DNA from: a virus
Taxonomy: Duplodnaviria; Heunggongvirae; Uroviricota; Caudoviricetes
Virus record (IMG/VR): IMGVR_UViG_3300009709_000002
Coordinates: 296,228 to 360,227 of that record
Strand: one strand, 5' to 3'
DNA length: 64,000 nucleotides
Shown: piece by piece, positions 27,601 to 37,457 of the stretch
Numbering within the stretch: position 1 is the stretch's first letter
Layout: every line of letters starts with the position of its first letter
Notes under the pieces: model-generated
Told to the model about the DNA's origin: nothing
Seen by the model: the letters and a program-made list of their open reading frames with translations, nothing else
Databases searched by the model: none
Translations under genes and position numbers: made by a program

Positions 27601-28419
27601 TTAGAACTCCATGGCGTTAATGGCGCCGACATATTTGTTCATGTCGCATGCATAAAAACCAGACGAGTTGATCGCGTTGATTTCGATCACCTTCGGTCCT
27701 TCGTCTGTGTCGGCAATGTCTAACACAAAAGCACGATTCGGCTGCCACTTGTCGACCATCTTCTGAGCAAACTCTTTGATGAAAGGCATGACATCTGACG
27801 TGTAGTAGACATTGTGGCCAGCTTTGTACTGCGAGCCTGTCACTACTTCGCCATCAACCACGTAGAAACGAGTCTCGGTGTAAAGCTTGCTCAACGGAGC
27901 CACGATGATCTTATCCTCAGGCATCAACGTCGAAAATGAATTCGGCTGGTCGCATAGCGCTACTACTTTCGTACGCCATGCGTCAAAATCTTCCCAATCC
28001 ATCACTTGGCCTGAGAAAGACTTCAAATCGAGCGTCGGCCTAGTGAAGAACTTTGCGTCAGGATCGACAAGCATGTCTCTTGTGACTTCACGAAGAGTCG
28101 TGACCTTGCCACGCCAATTCAAACAGTCTTCACCGTAGTGCTTCATGGTGAGCTCATAATCCAGGTTGTCATCGAAGTAACCTGGCACCCAGCCCTTCTG
28201 ACGAGCGATCTTCCCGATCGCCGTTGAACCACAGACGTAGACGTGACCTTCTGGGTTGAGATCAGGTTCCATGTCATGTGCAAAATGGCGCACGCTGACG
28301 ATCTCGTGCGGAGTTTCTTGTCGTTCGAGTGCCGTCACTAAACCTTCAAAGGCAGCCTCTGCAAACAGATTCTTTTGTAGCACCCAAAACATCACATTCT
28401 CCTTATGTAGAGCACACAC
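27601..28419 (-). CDS. ATP-grasp-like enzyme
   Basis: C-terminal VLDIADTDEGPKVIEINA resembles the ATP-grasp Mg/ATP-binding segment. Confidence 0.45.
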   Translation of the reverse strand: MCALHKENVMFWVLQKNLFAEAAFEGLVTALERQETPHEIVSVRHFAHDMEPDLNPEGHVYVCGSTAIGKIARQKGWVPGYFDDNLDYELTMKHYGEDCLNWRGKVTTLREVTRDMLVDPDAKFFTRPTLDLKSFSGQVMDWEDFDAWRTKVVALCDQPNSFSTLMPEDKIIVAPLSKLYTETRFYVVDGEVVTGSQYKAGHNVYYTSDVMPFIKEFAQKMVDKWQPNRAFVLDIADTDEGPKVIEINAINSSGFYACDMNKYVGAINAMEF

Positions 28420-28469
28420 AAATGCTCCGTAAATGAATATTCTATCACTTAACGGAGCATTTGTAAACT

Positions 28470-28823
28470 TTAAGCTGATTCAGCCCATTCCCACTTGTAC
28501 ATCAAATCATTGAGCTCAACGATTTCAGGCACGCTTTTTGCGTCAGCAGCATTGCGGTGGATGTACTTGTGAAGATACTTCAAACGCTCTTCAGCTTGCT
28601 TGTACTCTTTCTCGTTTGAAACTGTGCTCACCCGCGGTGGTGGAAACGGCTTCCACCCTTTATTGTGCTTCCAGAACTCATCCATCGATTCTTTGTGAAG
28701 CTTCGCTGCGAGCTCAAAATTCCCATCAGCTAAAGCGTAGGCACATTGGGTATTTGGAGCGAGCCTTACGCCGTTGTAGTACTCTGGTACCGGGAGCTTC
28801 TTCTTTTCTTCAGCCATGACCAT
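28470..28823 (-). CDS. hypothetical protein
   Basis: ORF track. Confidence 0.45.
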   Translation of the reverse strand: MVMAEEKKKLPVPEYYNGVRLAPNTQCAYALADGNFELAAKLHKESMDEFWKHNKGWKPFPPPRVSTVSNEKEYKQAEERLKYLHKYIHRNAADAKSVPEIVELNDLMYKWEWAESA

Positions 28824-28826
28824 TCC

Positions 28827-29330
28827 TTAGAGCTCGGTCACAGTCTCCAAATCAACTCCAGCTTTGATCAATCTACGAAGGGCTGTCAAACGTCTACAGA
28901 ATTCTCGTTGCGTCAGCACTGTGTCGGCTTCTGAGTTGCGACCGATTGTATGTATAAGCACGGCATCGCCTGAGGCGATCAGTGCGTTTCTAAACTTTTC
29001 ATTCTGCTTCGTGATCTCGATGTAAATTCGATCGAGGAGCCGCTGGTATTCATCACTCTTACGCGGATATGCTACGCCTTTCCACCAGAGGGTTTGCTTT
29101 TGCTTCCAAGCGGAGTTGCGGTCTTGCCCACGCTTCTTAGCTGCCCGACCAACAAGCTTGCACACCTCAACTTGGATGTGTTCTTTGTCGAACTTTAAAG
29201 CTTGCAAAATACCTTCACGAGAAGCAACTTCGACCTCATCAAAGACGAATCCTTGTGGGCCGAAGTTACTTAGAGCAGCGGAAGGGTATCCCTTCCCTGA
29301 TCCTATGTCCATTGCTGGGTGTATCTCCAT
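28827..29330 (-). CDS. hypothetical protein (Gly-rich DIGSGKGYPS motif; possible nucleotide or SAM binder)
   Basis: Motif only. Confidence 0.35.
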   Translation of the reverse strand: MEIHPAMDIGSGKGYPSAALSNFGPQGFVFDEVEVASREGILQALKFDKEHIQVEVCKLVGRAAKKRGQDRNSAWKQKQTLWWKGVAYPRKSDEYQRLLDRIYIEITKQNEKFRNALIASGDAVLIHTIGRNSEADTVLTQREFCRRLTALRRLIKAGVDLETVTEL

Positions 29331-29336
29331 TGTGTC

Positions 29337-29561
29337 CTAACTTTCTACCATCAACTCCTCGAGGCGAGACTGAATGCGATCGGAGTAAATCCAATCCGAG
29401 GCGCAGCGACCATCGTTATCCGAAGTGCAACCCATCGAGCAGTTGTCAGCTACGTCGATAGCCTTGCTGAAGATCATGTTAGCCAAACAAACTGCAGCTT
29501 CCATGTTGTCGGTCGGAATGCCGATAGCTTCCATTTCCTTCTTCAATTCATCGCGAGTCAT
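29337..29561 (-). CDS. hypothetical small protein
   Basis: ORF track. Confidence 0.4.
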   Translation of the reverse strand: MTRDELKKEMEAIGIPTDNMEAAVCLANMIFSKAIDVADNCSMGCTSDNDGRCASDWIYSDRIQSRLEELMVES

Positions 29562-29591
29562 GATTTCCTCTGTTGCTAGTAGATAAGTCCT

Positions 29592-29909
29592 TTAATTGAG
29601 GGTGATCTCTTTGAACCCAAGCGAGTCGCAGAGGTAATACTTGGTGTCGATCTGCACGATATCGCCGACCGACATCGAACGCCAGTTGCGCGGTTTGTCG
29701 GAATTTTGGTCGTGAAACACTTTCTCACAGATGTCGAGATGATCATGCTCATCACGAGCAGTAGTATCAGCGATTGCGTTATAAAGCTTGGCCGTCCATG
29801 CACGTTGAACTGCGTCGATCTTCGGCATGAACGTGATGTTGAAATGATCAGCATCATTCTGCTTGCGACCTTCTACACAGTTGTAGTGGTGGAGAGTAAC
29901 CTTAGCCAT
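29592..29909 (-). CDS. hypothetical protein
   Basis: ORF track. Confidence 0.45.
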   Translation of the reverse strand: MAKVTLHHYNCVEGRKQNDADHFNITFMPKIDAVQRAWTAKLYNAIADTTARDEHDHLDICEKVFHDQNSDKPRNWRSMSVGDIVQIDTKYYLCDSLGFKEITLN

Positions 29910-29981
29910 TTTGCAACTCCGTGTTGTTTGACGATAGATTCATTATATCCCAAACAACACGGTTTGTAAACCGTTCTTCAA

Positions 29982-30758
29982 CTACGCGTTGCTAGTATCA
30001 GCAACGTTAATGACGAAACCATCTTCAAGCAAGACGCTTTTGTGGTGAGAAAGCAAGATAGAATTGCCGCCAAATGGAGCGCTACAAATTACCGACAAAA
30101 TGCGTGTGTGGTCATAGCCAGCCATTGAAACAATATACTCATACGTAGCTATCCTTGGAATAGTCACTGACCTGCCGTTTAACCAGACTGTCACATGTTT
30201 TACTTCTTCATCCTGTTTCGGCATCATCGACAGCTCTTCATCGCCTGGAATCAGTGACTTCAATGACGCTACTAGCTGTGGCCAATTGCGAACTACTAGC
30301 ATGCCATGTTCTGTGTATGGACCAACATAGCCATTATCAGTCACGGTGTCAAACTTAACTAGCTTGCCAGGAAACTTGTTTGCATTCGCCCACTGTGGAT
30401 GATCGTCAACTAGCACGTCATTCTTGCCACCAACAGCTCCCTTGTCAGGGACGATAAAGACCTTGCCCATCAACTTCGGCAAGTATGCATGAATCCAATA
30501 GAGCTTCTCAGATGCAGCGTTTGGAGCTTTGTCAGGAATCTTCGTGCAAACAAAGATTCGACCACGAGCATAGTTGATCAGCTCATTTACACCCTCAATC
30601 GCACCTGGCATCGGCTTCAAATGCTGATAGACGCCTGGGATCAGCTTAATTACCTTTGCTGGTTGGTCATACTCACGCATCGCTCGATCAAAGTCAGCGA
30701 TCACGCCATCCATGTCAAGATAGATGCGTGGTCCATCTTCAAAGATTTTCACACCCAT
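29982..30758 (-). CDS. HAD-superfamily 5'(3')-deoxyribonucleotidase-like protein with extra C-terminal domain
   Basis: N-terminal YLDMDGVIADF (HAD motif I, DMDGV); deoxyribonucleotidase-like spacing. Confidence 0.6.
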   Translation of the reverse strand: MGVKIFEDGPRIYLDMDGVIADFDRAMREYDQPAKVIKLIPGVYQHLKPMPGAIEGVNELINYARGRIFVCTKIPDKAPNAASEKLYWIHAYLPKLMGKVFIVPDKGAVGGKNDVLVDDHPQWANANKFPGKLVKFDTVTDNGYVGPYTEHGMLVVRNWPQLVASLKSLIPGDEELSMMPKQDEEVKHVTVWLNGRSVTIPRIATYEYIVSMAGYDHTRILSVICSAPFGGNSILLSHHKSVLLEDGFVINVADTSNA

Positions 30759-30760
30759 AA

Positions 30761-31399
30761 TCAGACTCCAGCAAACAAAGTTTCTTTGTCTTCAAAGCTG
30801 ATCGAGAGCACGTGATTCAACGCGTTGTTAGCGCGTGAAAGCTTCAGATTGACAGTCGCCGGCAGAACAACCTTGTCCAAGGTCTTTTGGTCAATCACGT
30901 AGAAATCATCACGCTTGATCGTACCATTGAGGTTCTGTGAATTCGACGGCCCGTAACGCAGCTCACCATAAGTCATAGCTATGAACTTCGCGTGCTTATA
31001 GATTGTACGCTCGAGAATGCCGTCACAACCGTCCAAGATTTCTACGACGATATCAAGCGCATAGTCTTCATTGAGCTTTTGGCGCTTCACTTGCTCTATC
31101 ACAGCTTGGCGCGCCTGCGACTTGAGATCGTCTTGGAATTCAATTCCGATGTAGTTAGCTTCAATGAAATCATCAAAGTTATCTACGCCTTGATCAACAG
31201 CAAGAATTTGATACACAAGTGGGATGAGGTGATCCGCTGCGACACGAGGCTCAGTAATACCGGCGTCAATGTCTACTGCTGTTTGAGGCTCGAGAAACCC
31301 TACTCGAAAGCGGTGTTCAATCTTCGGAGCTAAAATGGAAATCTTGTTTGGATTGAGCGGCTCAGCAGCCGCTTGAATTGTAAGAGGAGAAAGTGACAT
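30761..31399 (-). CDS. hypothetical protein
   Basis: ORF track. Confidence 0.45.
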   Translation of the reverse strand: MSLSPLTIQAAAEPLNPNKISILAPKIEHRFRVGFLEPQTAVDIDAGITEPRVAADHLIPLVYQILAVDQGVDNFDDFIEANYIGIEFQDDLKSQARQAVIEQVKRQKLNEDYALDIVVEILDGCDGILERTIYKHAKFIAMTYGELRYGPSNSQNLNGTIKRDDFYVIDQKTLDKVVLPATVNLKLSRANNALNHVLSISFEDKETLFAGV

Positions 31400-31416
31400 G
31401 CTTCATGATTCTTGTA

Positions 31417-32004
31417 CTACGTGGGTACTTCCTCGTGGAAATTCTCGGCCATCAGCACGAGTTCATCCAACGGTGCATTTTTGAACTTTTTGTAAACTTT
31501 CGCACGCAAACCATCATACGTGTGAGGGTGAGTCAGTGAAAGCAGCAGCTCTTTGATCGGAGCTGCATTACCACGCTTCACGTTGCATTTTTCACACATG
31601 CAACGCAGATTGTCGAGGCTATCTGTTCCACCAAGAGACACTGGGACGATGTGATCTTGAGTGAGCATCCGTATGATGCGATCTCTGTCCAGATTTGACC
31701 GCATCATGTAGGTGTTATCTTGCTCTTTACCCACTAAGTTCATCACCCAACCGAAAAGCTGGTCATTCTTGTGCCGCTCGATGCTGAAATGAGTTGCCTT
31801 CCAACCGCACTGAAAGCAGGTGATCTTACCCTTTTTCTCATACACTGATTTGAAGAGAGCAGCTCCACCAGGCTCTGCGATGTGCTTACCTTGAAAGATT
31901 CGCTGCTTCTTAGGCAGCTCCAACATCTTGAAACCTCTCACCATGTCAACTTCACCGAGTACGATGAAGCCGCCTTTACGACCTTTACGAGTTTGTTCAG
32001 CCAT
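31417..32004 (-). CDS. HNH endonuclease
   Basis: DHIVPVSLGGTDSLDNLRCMCEKCNVKRGN HNH motif. Confidence 0.7.
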   Translation of the reverse strand: MAEQTRKGRKGGFIVLGEVDMVRGFKMLELPKKQRIFQGKHIAEPGGAALFKSVYEKKGKITCFQCGWKATHFSIERHKNDQLFGWVMNLVGKEQDNTYMMRSNLDRDRIIRMLTQDHIVPVSLGGTDSLDNLRCMCEKCNVKRGNAAPIKELLLSLTHPHTYDGLRAKVYKKFKNAPLDELVLMAENFHEEVPT

Positions 32005-32040
32005 GGTGATGAAAGTGTAAGTTTACTTACTTACATTATA

Positions 32041-32688
32041 TCATACATAGTTCGGGTCGTGTAATTTTCTTAGCTGTTGCAACTCGGTGATAGTGCTGAT
32101 GAGAAATCCAGGAGTGATGATGGTGAGAAGCTCTGCATATTCAGCATCATCAAAGACCTGGCAAACGTGATCTTCGACAGAACCACCTTCAGGTTTGATG
32201 CCATATACAGGCAAGCCTGAGAACTCATCATTGAACTCATCAACTTCAAGATGATTGTCTACGAGTGTAATTTTGGCTAGATACAATGCTCGTTCAAGCG
32301 GTCCAGTTTCAGTCGAATGGCTGATTGGTGGATCGCTGAAGAACTTTGTGTTTATGAGATGTTTCTTGATGACGTAACGACACACAGCTTCAGCGCGTGT
32401 ATTGCCATAAGCTTCGGTGCACGTGACGTTGCCGTATTCCATCACCGGAACCATCCAGTCATCAATGCTTCCATGAATGAGAGGAATCTTGTACTTCTCG
32501 ATCATCTCATCGATGAAAGCAAGGTCAGCAGATGGTGCAAACTTCAACTTCTGATCAGCGTCTTCATTGCTGTTCTTCTGATAGCAGCTAACGACACTAT
32601 CGTGGCTGATAAGAATGACATCATAACCAAGTGCTATGCCGACCCAGTAGTCAAGCAGATGACCAGTGAGCTCGTGGAGCTGTTTCAT
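32041..32688 (-). CDS. DUF2591/NinX-like phage protein
   Basis: N-terminal LTGHLLDYWVGIALGY resembles the NinX family. Confidence 0.35.
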   Translation of the reverse strand: MKQLHELTGHLLDYWVGIALGYDVILISHDSVVSCYQKNSNEDADQKLKFAPSADLAFIDEMIEKYKIPLIHGSIDDWMVPVMEYGNVTCTEAYGNTRAEAVCRYVIKKHLINTKFFSDPPISHSTETGPLERALYLAKITLVDNHLEVDEFNDEFSGLPVYGIKPEGGSVEDHVCQVFDDAEYAELLTIITPGFLISTITELQQLRKLHDPNYV

Positions 32689-32702
32689 TTGATTGTATGG
32701 TC

Positions 32703-33146
32703 CTATTTAACCAGGAGCACAGGGTCATGCTGGACCATCTGGTACATTCTGGTGATATTGGCTGACTTACCACTTTCATAGATCATTAGGTCTACGTCCA
32801 GAACTTCAAATCCATACCGCTTGTAGAACTCTACAAGATCATGGTTGGAGAAGCTTGGATTAGTGGAAGAAACTTGATTGAGGATGTTGTACTTGTAGCC
32901 TTCAGCGAAGCGTAGCACTTCACCGAGCAAACGTCGAGCAACACCTTGCTGGCGATACTTTGCAGGAACATTGAGCCGATTGAAGAACAACATTGGCTCT
33001 TTGATACGATCACGTGGATCGAAAGACATCGCTTTCCAGAGATTAAGCGCGCCTTGATCCATTCGTGTGAGATGAGCGGTAGCGAGACCTACAGCTCCGA
33101 GACGGAGATTGATGTTGATTTCTTTACCAACGCTAGATACTTTTAG
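32703..33146 (-). CDS. GNAT-family N-acetyltransferase (start at MLKVSS)
   Basis: QQGVARRLLGEVLRFA acetyl-CoA-binding motif; GAGAGGTG RBS before ATG 33144-33146. Confidence 0.55.
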   Translation of the reverse strand, partial: LKVSSVGKEININLRLGAVGLATAHLTRMDQGALNLWKAMSFDPRDRIKEPMLFFNRLNVPAKYRQQGVARRLLGEVLRFAEGYKYNILNQVSSTNPSFSNHDLVEFYKRYGFEVLDVDLMIYESGKSANITRMYQMVQHDPVLLVK

Positions 33147-33164
33147 CATAATCACCTCTCGTTT

Positions 33165-33255
33165 GTTCTGGCGGGGCAGCGGGATTCGAACCCTGCTTGT
33201 GTGCTTTGGCATCACTGCGAATGAGCCGCTAATAGTTACCCTATCCCGAATGTCC
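33165..33255 (-). ncRNA. tRNA-like remnant (T-arm gggttcgaatccc plus gccccgCCA 3' end, no matching 5' acceptor)
   Basis: Upstream of the GNAT gene; no canonical cloverleaf found. Confidence 0.3.
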
Positions 33256-33431
33256 AGAGTAACGGATGCCCGCGTCGATGTCGGTCCACCTAGCACAACT
33301 TACGCCAGTAGCAGCTCATGGTGCTCATCCACCATTTTCCCAAACCCGGAACGCCGGCCCGAGCTGCTTCATTACTACCGGAATTTCACCGGTTCTATCG
33401 ACCTTTCCCACAGGTCAGCTGCCCCAAAACT

Positions 33432-33716
33432 TTAGTGGCGCGTGTAGTATGCTTCTCGTTCAGCTACTTCGCGATGCTCTTCGGAGGCTGCGCTAAAATC
33501 AACGCCGCCATTAGTCATCACAAACTGGCGAAAATCACCATACGCATCTTCAATTCGCCAAGCTCGCAAGTGAACTTGCTGTATCAGCAAATCATTTCGT
33601 GAGATAACGTTGATGTAGTACTCACCATAGTTATTCACCATCAAAAACGCCATCGGCGCTACTTCTTCATCATAAGACCCGGTGCGATTTATTCTCGCAT
33701 ACATCAAAGCACGCAT
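33432..33716 (-). CDS. hypothetical protein
   Basis: ORF track. Confidence 0.4.
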   Translation of the reverse strand: MRALMYARINRTGSYDEEVAPMAFLMVNNYGEYYINVISRNDLLIQQVHLRAWRIEDAYGDFRQFVMTNGGVDFSAASEEHREVAEREAYYTRH

Positions 33717-33725
33717 AGAGATTCT

Positions 33726-33929
33726 TCAACATTTCTGAGCCGCGTCCTTGTAGATCATCACCATCGTGTAATTCCAACCAATGATGAGCAATCCGATGAA
33801 AGCAACCCACTTGCTGAAACTGCCTCCAAGCAGTACTCCAACAGTAAGTAGAATGAACCCTACCACCAAGAGAAGCAGTGCTTGGGATGTCTTAACTTGT
33901 ATTTGATCGGCTGTCAATTTAGCCATCAC
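33726..33929 (-). CDS. small membrane protein
   Basis: Two hydrophobic helices. Confidence 0.45.
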   Translation of the reverse strand: MMAKLTADQIQVKTSQALLLLVVGFILLTVGVLLGGSFSKWVAFIGLLIIGWNYTMVMIYKDAAQKC

Positions 33930-33981
33930 TGCTATTCAATATGATTATTGTAACATAAGTGAGGCCAAATGTAAATTAGCC

Positions 33982-34203
33982 TTACCAGATCCTGCTTGCC
34001 GATTTAACGAGGTTGAACGGCGCACAGATGATCGACTTCAACACGAAAAATGTGACGGTCCACGCAAAGCTGATGTAGTTACCAAGCAGCAAGAATGGAA
34101 AAGAGATGACGATGATCAGACGACGAAGTAAATCATTTTCGATGGTGCTTAGCGTGAGCTTGATCGAATCATCGTCTTTTTGTTCCTGAGCTACTTCACT
34201 CAT
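33982..34203 (-). CDS. small membrane protein
   Basis: Hydrophobic helices. Confidence 0.45.
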   Translation of the reverse strand: MSEVAQEQKDDDSIKLTLSTIENDLLRRLIIVISFPFLLLGNYISFAWTVTFFVLKSIICAPFNLVKSASRIW

Positions 34204-34205
34204 GG

Positions 34206-34448
34206 TCAGTCCCTCTTAAGTCTGTACACCCTCGGTGAAAGGTATACTAGCTGGGCAAGAATCTCACCGGATTCACCGTCTTGCAATCCTAAGTACTTCG
34301 AGCCTTCGATGAGAACATCGTGGCTAGCTAAAACACTTACGCTAATGCTGGAGTCGAGGTCAGCTAAGATCTCTTGTCCTAACACACTAGCTGCATCAAC
34401 AACCTCACTCGGCTTGTTGAAAAATGAAGCAATCAAGTTAGCCAGCAT
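34206..34448 (-). CDS. hypothetical small protein
   Basis: ORF track. Confidence 0.4.
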   Translation of the reverse strand: MLANLIASFFNKPSEVVDAASVLGQEILADLDSSISVSVLASHDVLIEGSKYLGLQDGESGEILAQLVYLSPRVYRLKRD

Positions 34449-34929
34449 GCTGTGCTTTGATTATCTCTCTGGCCTTCATCAGCGCGATGCCAAGCCAGTT
34501 TGTTCCTTGCCACTGGGATTGATCTAGCGCTCTAGGATCATCTTCAGCTAATCCAATGCCCCAGATCTTGTCGTAAGGACTTGCCTCAACGATCAGATCA
34601 TCTCCAGACGACAGAATTTCTGCCAACAGTGCTTTGCTTTGGGTAAACTTCTCCACTAAAGCTGGCACCATCAGGTCGACTGCTACTTCAGCCCACGCTG
34701 CAGGATCAAAGCCTTTTACTTCCCGACCCAACCGCTTTTGTTCGCGAGGATCGTGTGACTTCATGATCTGCGCGGCCTTGACTTCGTCTCCGAACATCAA
34801 AGCCTTAACGTGCATCATGTACTGCTCGGAGCAATTGTATCGAATTCCGTTGAAAACGAAACTAGCTCCAGTGTACCAATTCGAGTACGGTCCGCCCCAA
34901 AACAGGACCATACCATTTGACTTCACCAT
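34438..34929 (-). CDS. NADAR (YbiA-like, DUF1768) domain protein
   Basis: FWGGPYSNWY...EQYMMHVKA...LVEASPYDKIWGIGL matches the NADAR signature. Confidence 0.65.
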   Translation of the reverse strand: MVKSNGMVLFWGGPYSNWYTGASFVFNGIRYNCSEQYMMHVKALMFGDEVKAAQIMKSHDPREQKRLGREVKGFDPAAWAEVAVDLMVPALVEKFTQSKALLAEILSSGDDLIVEASPYDKIWGIGLAEDDPRALDQSQWQGTNWLGIALMKAREIIKAQHAG

Positions 34930-34999
34930 GCAACCAACTATGTTCTTATTGTTATGCTTACTGCAAGGGAGAAGCCTAAACTTCTCCCCTTCCGACTCT

Positions 35000-35223
35000 T
35001 TACGCCTTCAGTGACTCGCCGTCCTTCAACTTCTGAAGGTACGTCTTGTCGTTGCGCTTCAGCACCGCCATGCGGGCCTTCTTCGTCTCATCGCTGTTCC
35101 AGCGAGTCTTCTTCTTCCCATGCTTCGGGATAGTCGACGCCGGACCCTTGCCGCCGTTCTTGTGGACCTTCGCCATTTCACGTGCTGCTGCCAGGCGTTT
35201 GGCATTCTTGCTTTGACGGGACA
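35000..35223 (-). CDS. highly basic small protein (possible DNA- or RNA-binding)
   Basis: K/R-rich; start chosen at MSRQSKNAKR. Confidence 0.4.
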
Positions 35224-35235
35224 TGCGTTTCCTCT

Positions 35236-35490
35236 TTATGATGCTGTTGAAAATTGCTCGGTCTGAGCGGTTTTGATAACTTCTACATGCTTGCGCATCC
35301 AACGCATTAGGTGTATAGCCTTCTCTTGCGCTTGGAAATTCGCATCACCTACGTCAGATGTTGGGACAGGGAATTCAAAACCGCACTCGGTTTTGTACCA
35401 CAATTCACCTTGACCGTCACGCAGACGAAAGTGAGAAAAATGGGCCAGCTTACCGTCCTTGACGGCATCCTTGATGCTAAACATACTCAA
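35236..35490 (-). CDS. hypothetical small protein
   Basis: ORF track. Confidence 0.4.
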   Translation of the reverse strand: MSMFSIKDAVKDGKLAHFSHFRLRDGQGELWYKTECGFEFPVPTSDVGDANFQAQEKAIHLMRWMRKHVEVIKTAQTEQFSTAS

Positions 35491-35499
35491 CTCTTACTA

Positions 35500-35576
35500 T
35501 GGTACTCGGTACAGGGATCGAACCTGTGCATTCTACCATGTCAAGGTAGCGATTTACCGCTCATCTTCAACCGAGT
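35500..35576 (-). tRNA. tRNA-Val (anticodon GAC), solitary
   Basis: 7-bp acceptor actcggt/accgagt plus CCA; T-arm acagg-ttcgatc-cctgt; anticodon stem ctacc/ggtag, loop ttGACat. Confidence 0.65.
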
Positions 35577-35729
35577 GTTAGGGTACTACTTTACAACTGG
35601 TTATCTTTGTTGCCGAGAAACTCTCGGTGTGTTTCACCGATCTTATTGAATTCCCATGACATGGCTGCTAGAAATGATCCTGCAACAGCGGCACAGAACA
35701 AAATAAGAACGGTGACCTTTGCATAATCT

Positions 35730-35927
35730 TCAATCGTCATAGTCACGTTCGACGATCACTACACCATCATCTTCGTACACCACTTCTTCGGTGACGTACA
35801 CTTCCACAGGCTGGTCATCTTCATAGATAACCTCGGTGCTGGAGAAACCGATCTCATCCCAGAACAACCAGGTGAGAAACGCAATGGCAAGCACTACAAT
35901 TACGAGAACTACTACGGCTGTTGTCAT
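35730..35927 (-). CDS. small membrane protein with acidic tail
   Basis: TM helix plus D/E-rich C-terminus. Confidence 0.4.
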   Translation of the reverse strand: MTTAVVVLVIVVLAIAFLTWLFWDEIGFSSTEVIYEDDQPVEVYVTEEVVYEDDGVVIVERDYDD

Positions 35928-35933
35928 GATGTG

Positions 35934-36191
35934 TTATGAGTTATCAGAGCCAGCCTTCAGCAATGTGCTGATATTCGAGCAAGTGACGTGAGACACGTTC
36001 TTACCGCGATACAGACCATCAGTTGCTTCCAGCTCTCTCAGCTTTTTGATCAACTTAATCGCGCCCTTCTCATCAGTGAAGGACAGCGATGACGCTTTTA
36101 CTTCATCCGTACCAGCATACAGCTTGTGTAGGCTGCGAGCAGTCCAATACACAAAAATTGCATCTGGGTCAAACGACTCATGTCGTGCCAT
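35934..36191 (-). CDS. hypothetical small protein
   Basis: ORF track. Confidence 0.4.
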   Translation of the reverse strand: MARHESFDPDAIFVYWTARSLHKLYAGTDEVKASSLSFTDEKGAIKLIKKLRELEATDGLYRGKNVSHVTCSNISTLLKAGSDNS

Positions 36192-36213
36192 GATGGTCTT
36201 ACAGAGTTAATCT

Positions 36214-36300
36214 TGGAGTCCCCGGCCGGAATCGAACCGTAAGCTTTCGCTGCGTTTTCGGCTTTGCAGGCCGCTGTGTGAACCACTCTACCACGGGGAC
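36214..36300 (-). tRNA. tRNA-Cys-like (anticodon GCA) with unusually long variable region
   Basis: Acceptor gtccccg/cggggac plus CCA; loop ctGCAaa; T-loop ttcgatt. Confidence 0.45.
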
Positions 36301-36650
36301 TTTGGGTTACTACTCGGTTATTTATACCATCAACGGAATCGTATCATGGCTGACGTGATAGTAAATCTCTTCATGCTTCTCACGTTCAGTCAATCGAGCA
36401 TTCAATGAAACCGCTTTGTCATTAAGCGTTGCCTTATGCTCAGACGCAGCTTGCGGAATGTCCTTCGATACGTCGAAATCAACGTAAGTGCGGCGGTACA
36501 GAACGTAAACTTGTTTCATTTGCGAATCCGTTTGTTTAACCGATAGATAGATTATATCTCACTCTTGAGTGTTTGTATAATTGTTTGCTTTGGATGCAAC
36601 AAGGCGGCCTTTCGACCGCCTCATTCACAGCTTAGACGTTAAACGTCTTG

Positions 36651-36974
36651 TCAGGTTTTGTCCTGATTGCGATGCAGCGTATTGTTGTCCGCCGGATGCT
36701 GCAGCTGCGGAAACTGCTTAAGCACAGTTTCCCGAGTCATCTCCGGGCCACCACATTGTGAGTGGTACTCGGGGCTCGTAAAGAAGCGAATGATGTCTTC
36801 CGCATGGCCTTCGATGTCGAACAGGTTGGAACTATTGCCTGCCGTCTTGGCCGTTCGGATGTCGATGCGGTACTTATGATGAAGCATTCCAATCTGCTCT
36901 TCATCCAACGCTGTGTTGAACTTTTGAGCATCAAGAGAGACGATACCACGATTTCTAGACGATTCGCCAGACAT
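36651..36974 (-). CDS. hypothetical protein (start MSGESS)
   Basis: GGAGATTGTG RBS; promoter at 37036-37064. Confidence 0.5.
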   Translation of the reverse strand: MSGESSRNRGIVSLDAQKFNTALDEEQIGMLHHKYRIDIRTAKTAGNSSNLFDIEGHAEDIIRFFTSPEYHSQCGGPEMTRETVLKQFPQLQHPADNNTLHRNQDKT

Positions 36975-37035
36975 ATCACAATCTCCACATAGTTGATGGA
37001 ACTTCAATCTACCGCAAAAATTAACGGTAGATGTT

Positions 37036-37064
37036 CATTATAACATCGTGATCTGGAAAGTAAA
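37036..37064 (-). promoter_or_regulatory. T4-early-type promoter
   Basis: GTTTAC...TGtTATAAT. Confidence 0.55.
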
Positions 37065-37124
37065 CAGGAATTCCTCGCCGGCCAACAAGTAGCATGCGAG
37101 GAATGAGGTGATTTCTGGTGGATT

Positions 37125-37448
37125 TTAGATGAGCTTGTGGATGCGATATTGCACATCGATAAGCCACGCGAGACGAGCTTCTGTCTTTGTCACGCCAACT
37201 GCAACGTTTGGCGCACCCTGGATAATCTTGATGTAGCCACCCTCGATGCTGATCATCGGAATTTCAAGCTCCCAAACCTCAACGGCGATCTGAGCACGCT
37301 TCAGCGCATTTTCCTGCGCGGTGCGCCCTGTGGGATGAAACACAGGCTTCGTGAATTCCTTCCCATCTGTCCAAGCAACGGTGTAGCCGTGACACTTGTA
37401 GACAAAGGGAATCTCCTGATCCGCAAGCCTAACGATAGGTCTAAGCAC
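37125..37448 (-). CDS. hypothetical protein
   Basis: ORF track. Confidence 0.45.
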   Translation of the reverse strand: MLRPIVRLADQEIPFVYKCHGYTVAWTDGKEFTKPVFHPTGRTAQENALKRAQIAVEVWELEIPMISIEGGYIKIIQGAPNVAVGVTKTEARLAWLIDVQYRIHKLI

Positions 37449-37457
37449 GGTAGCTCC

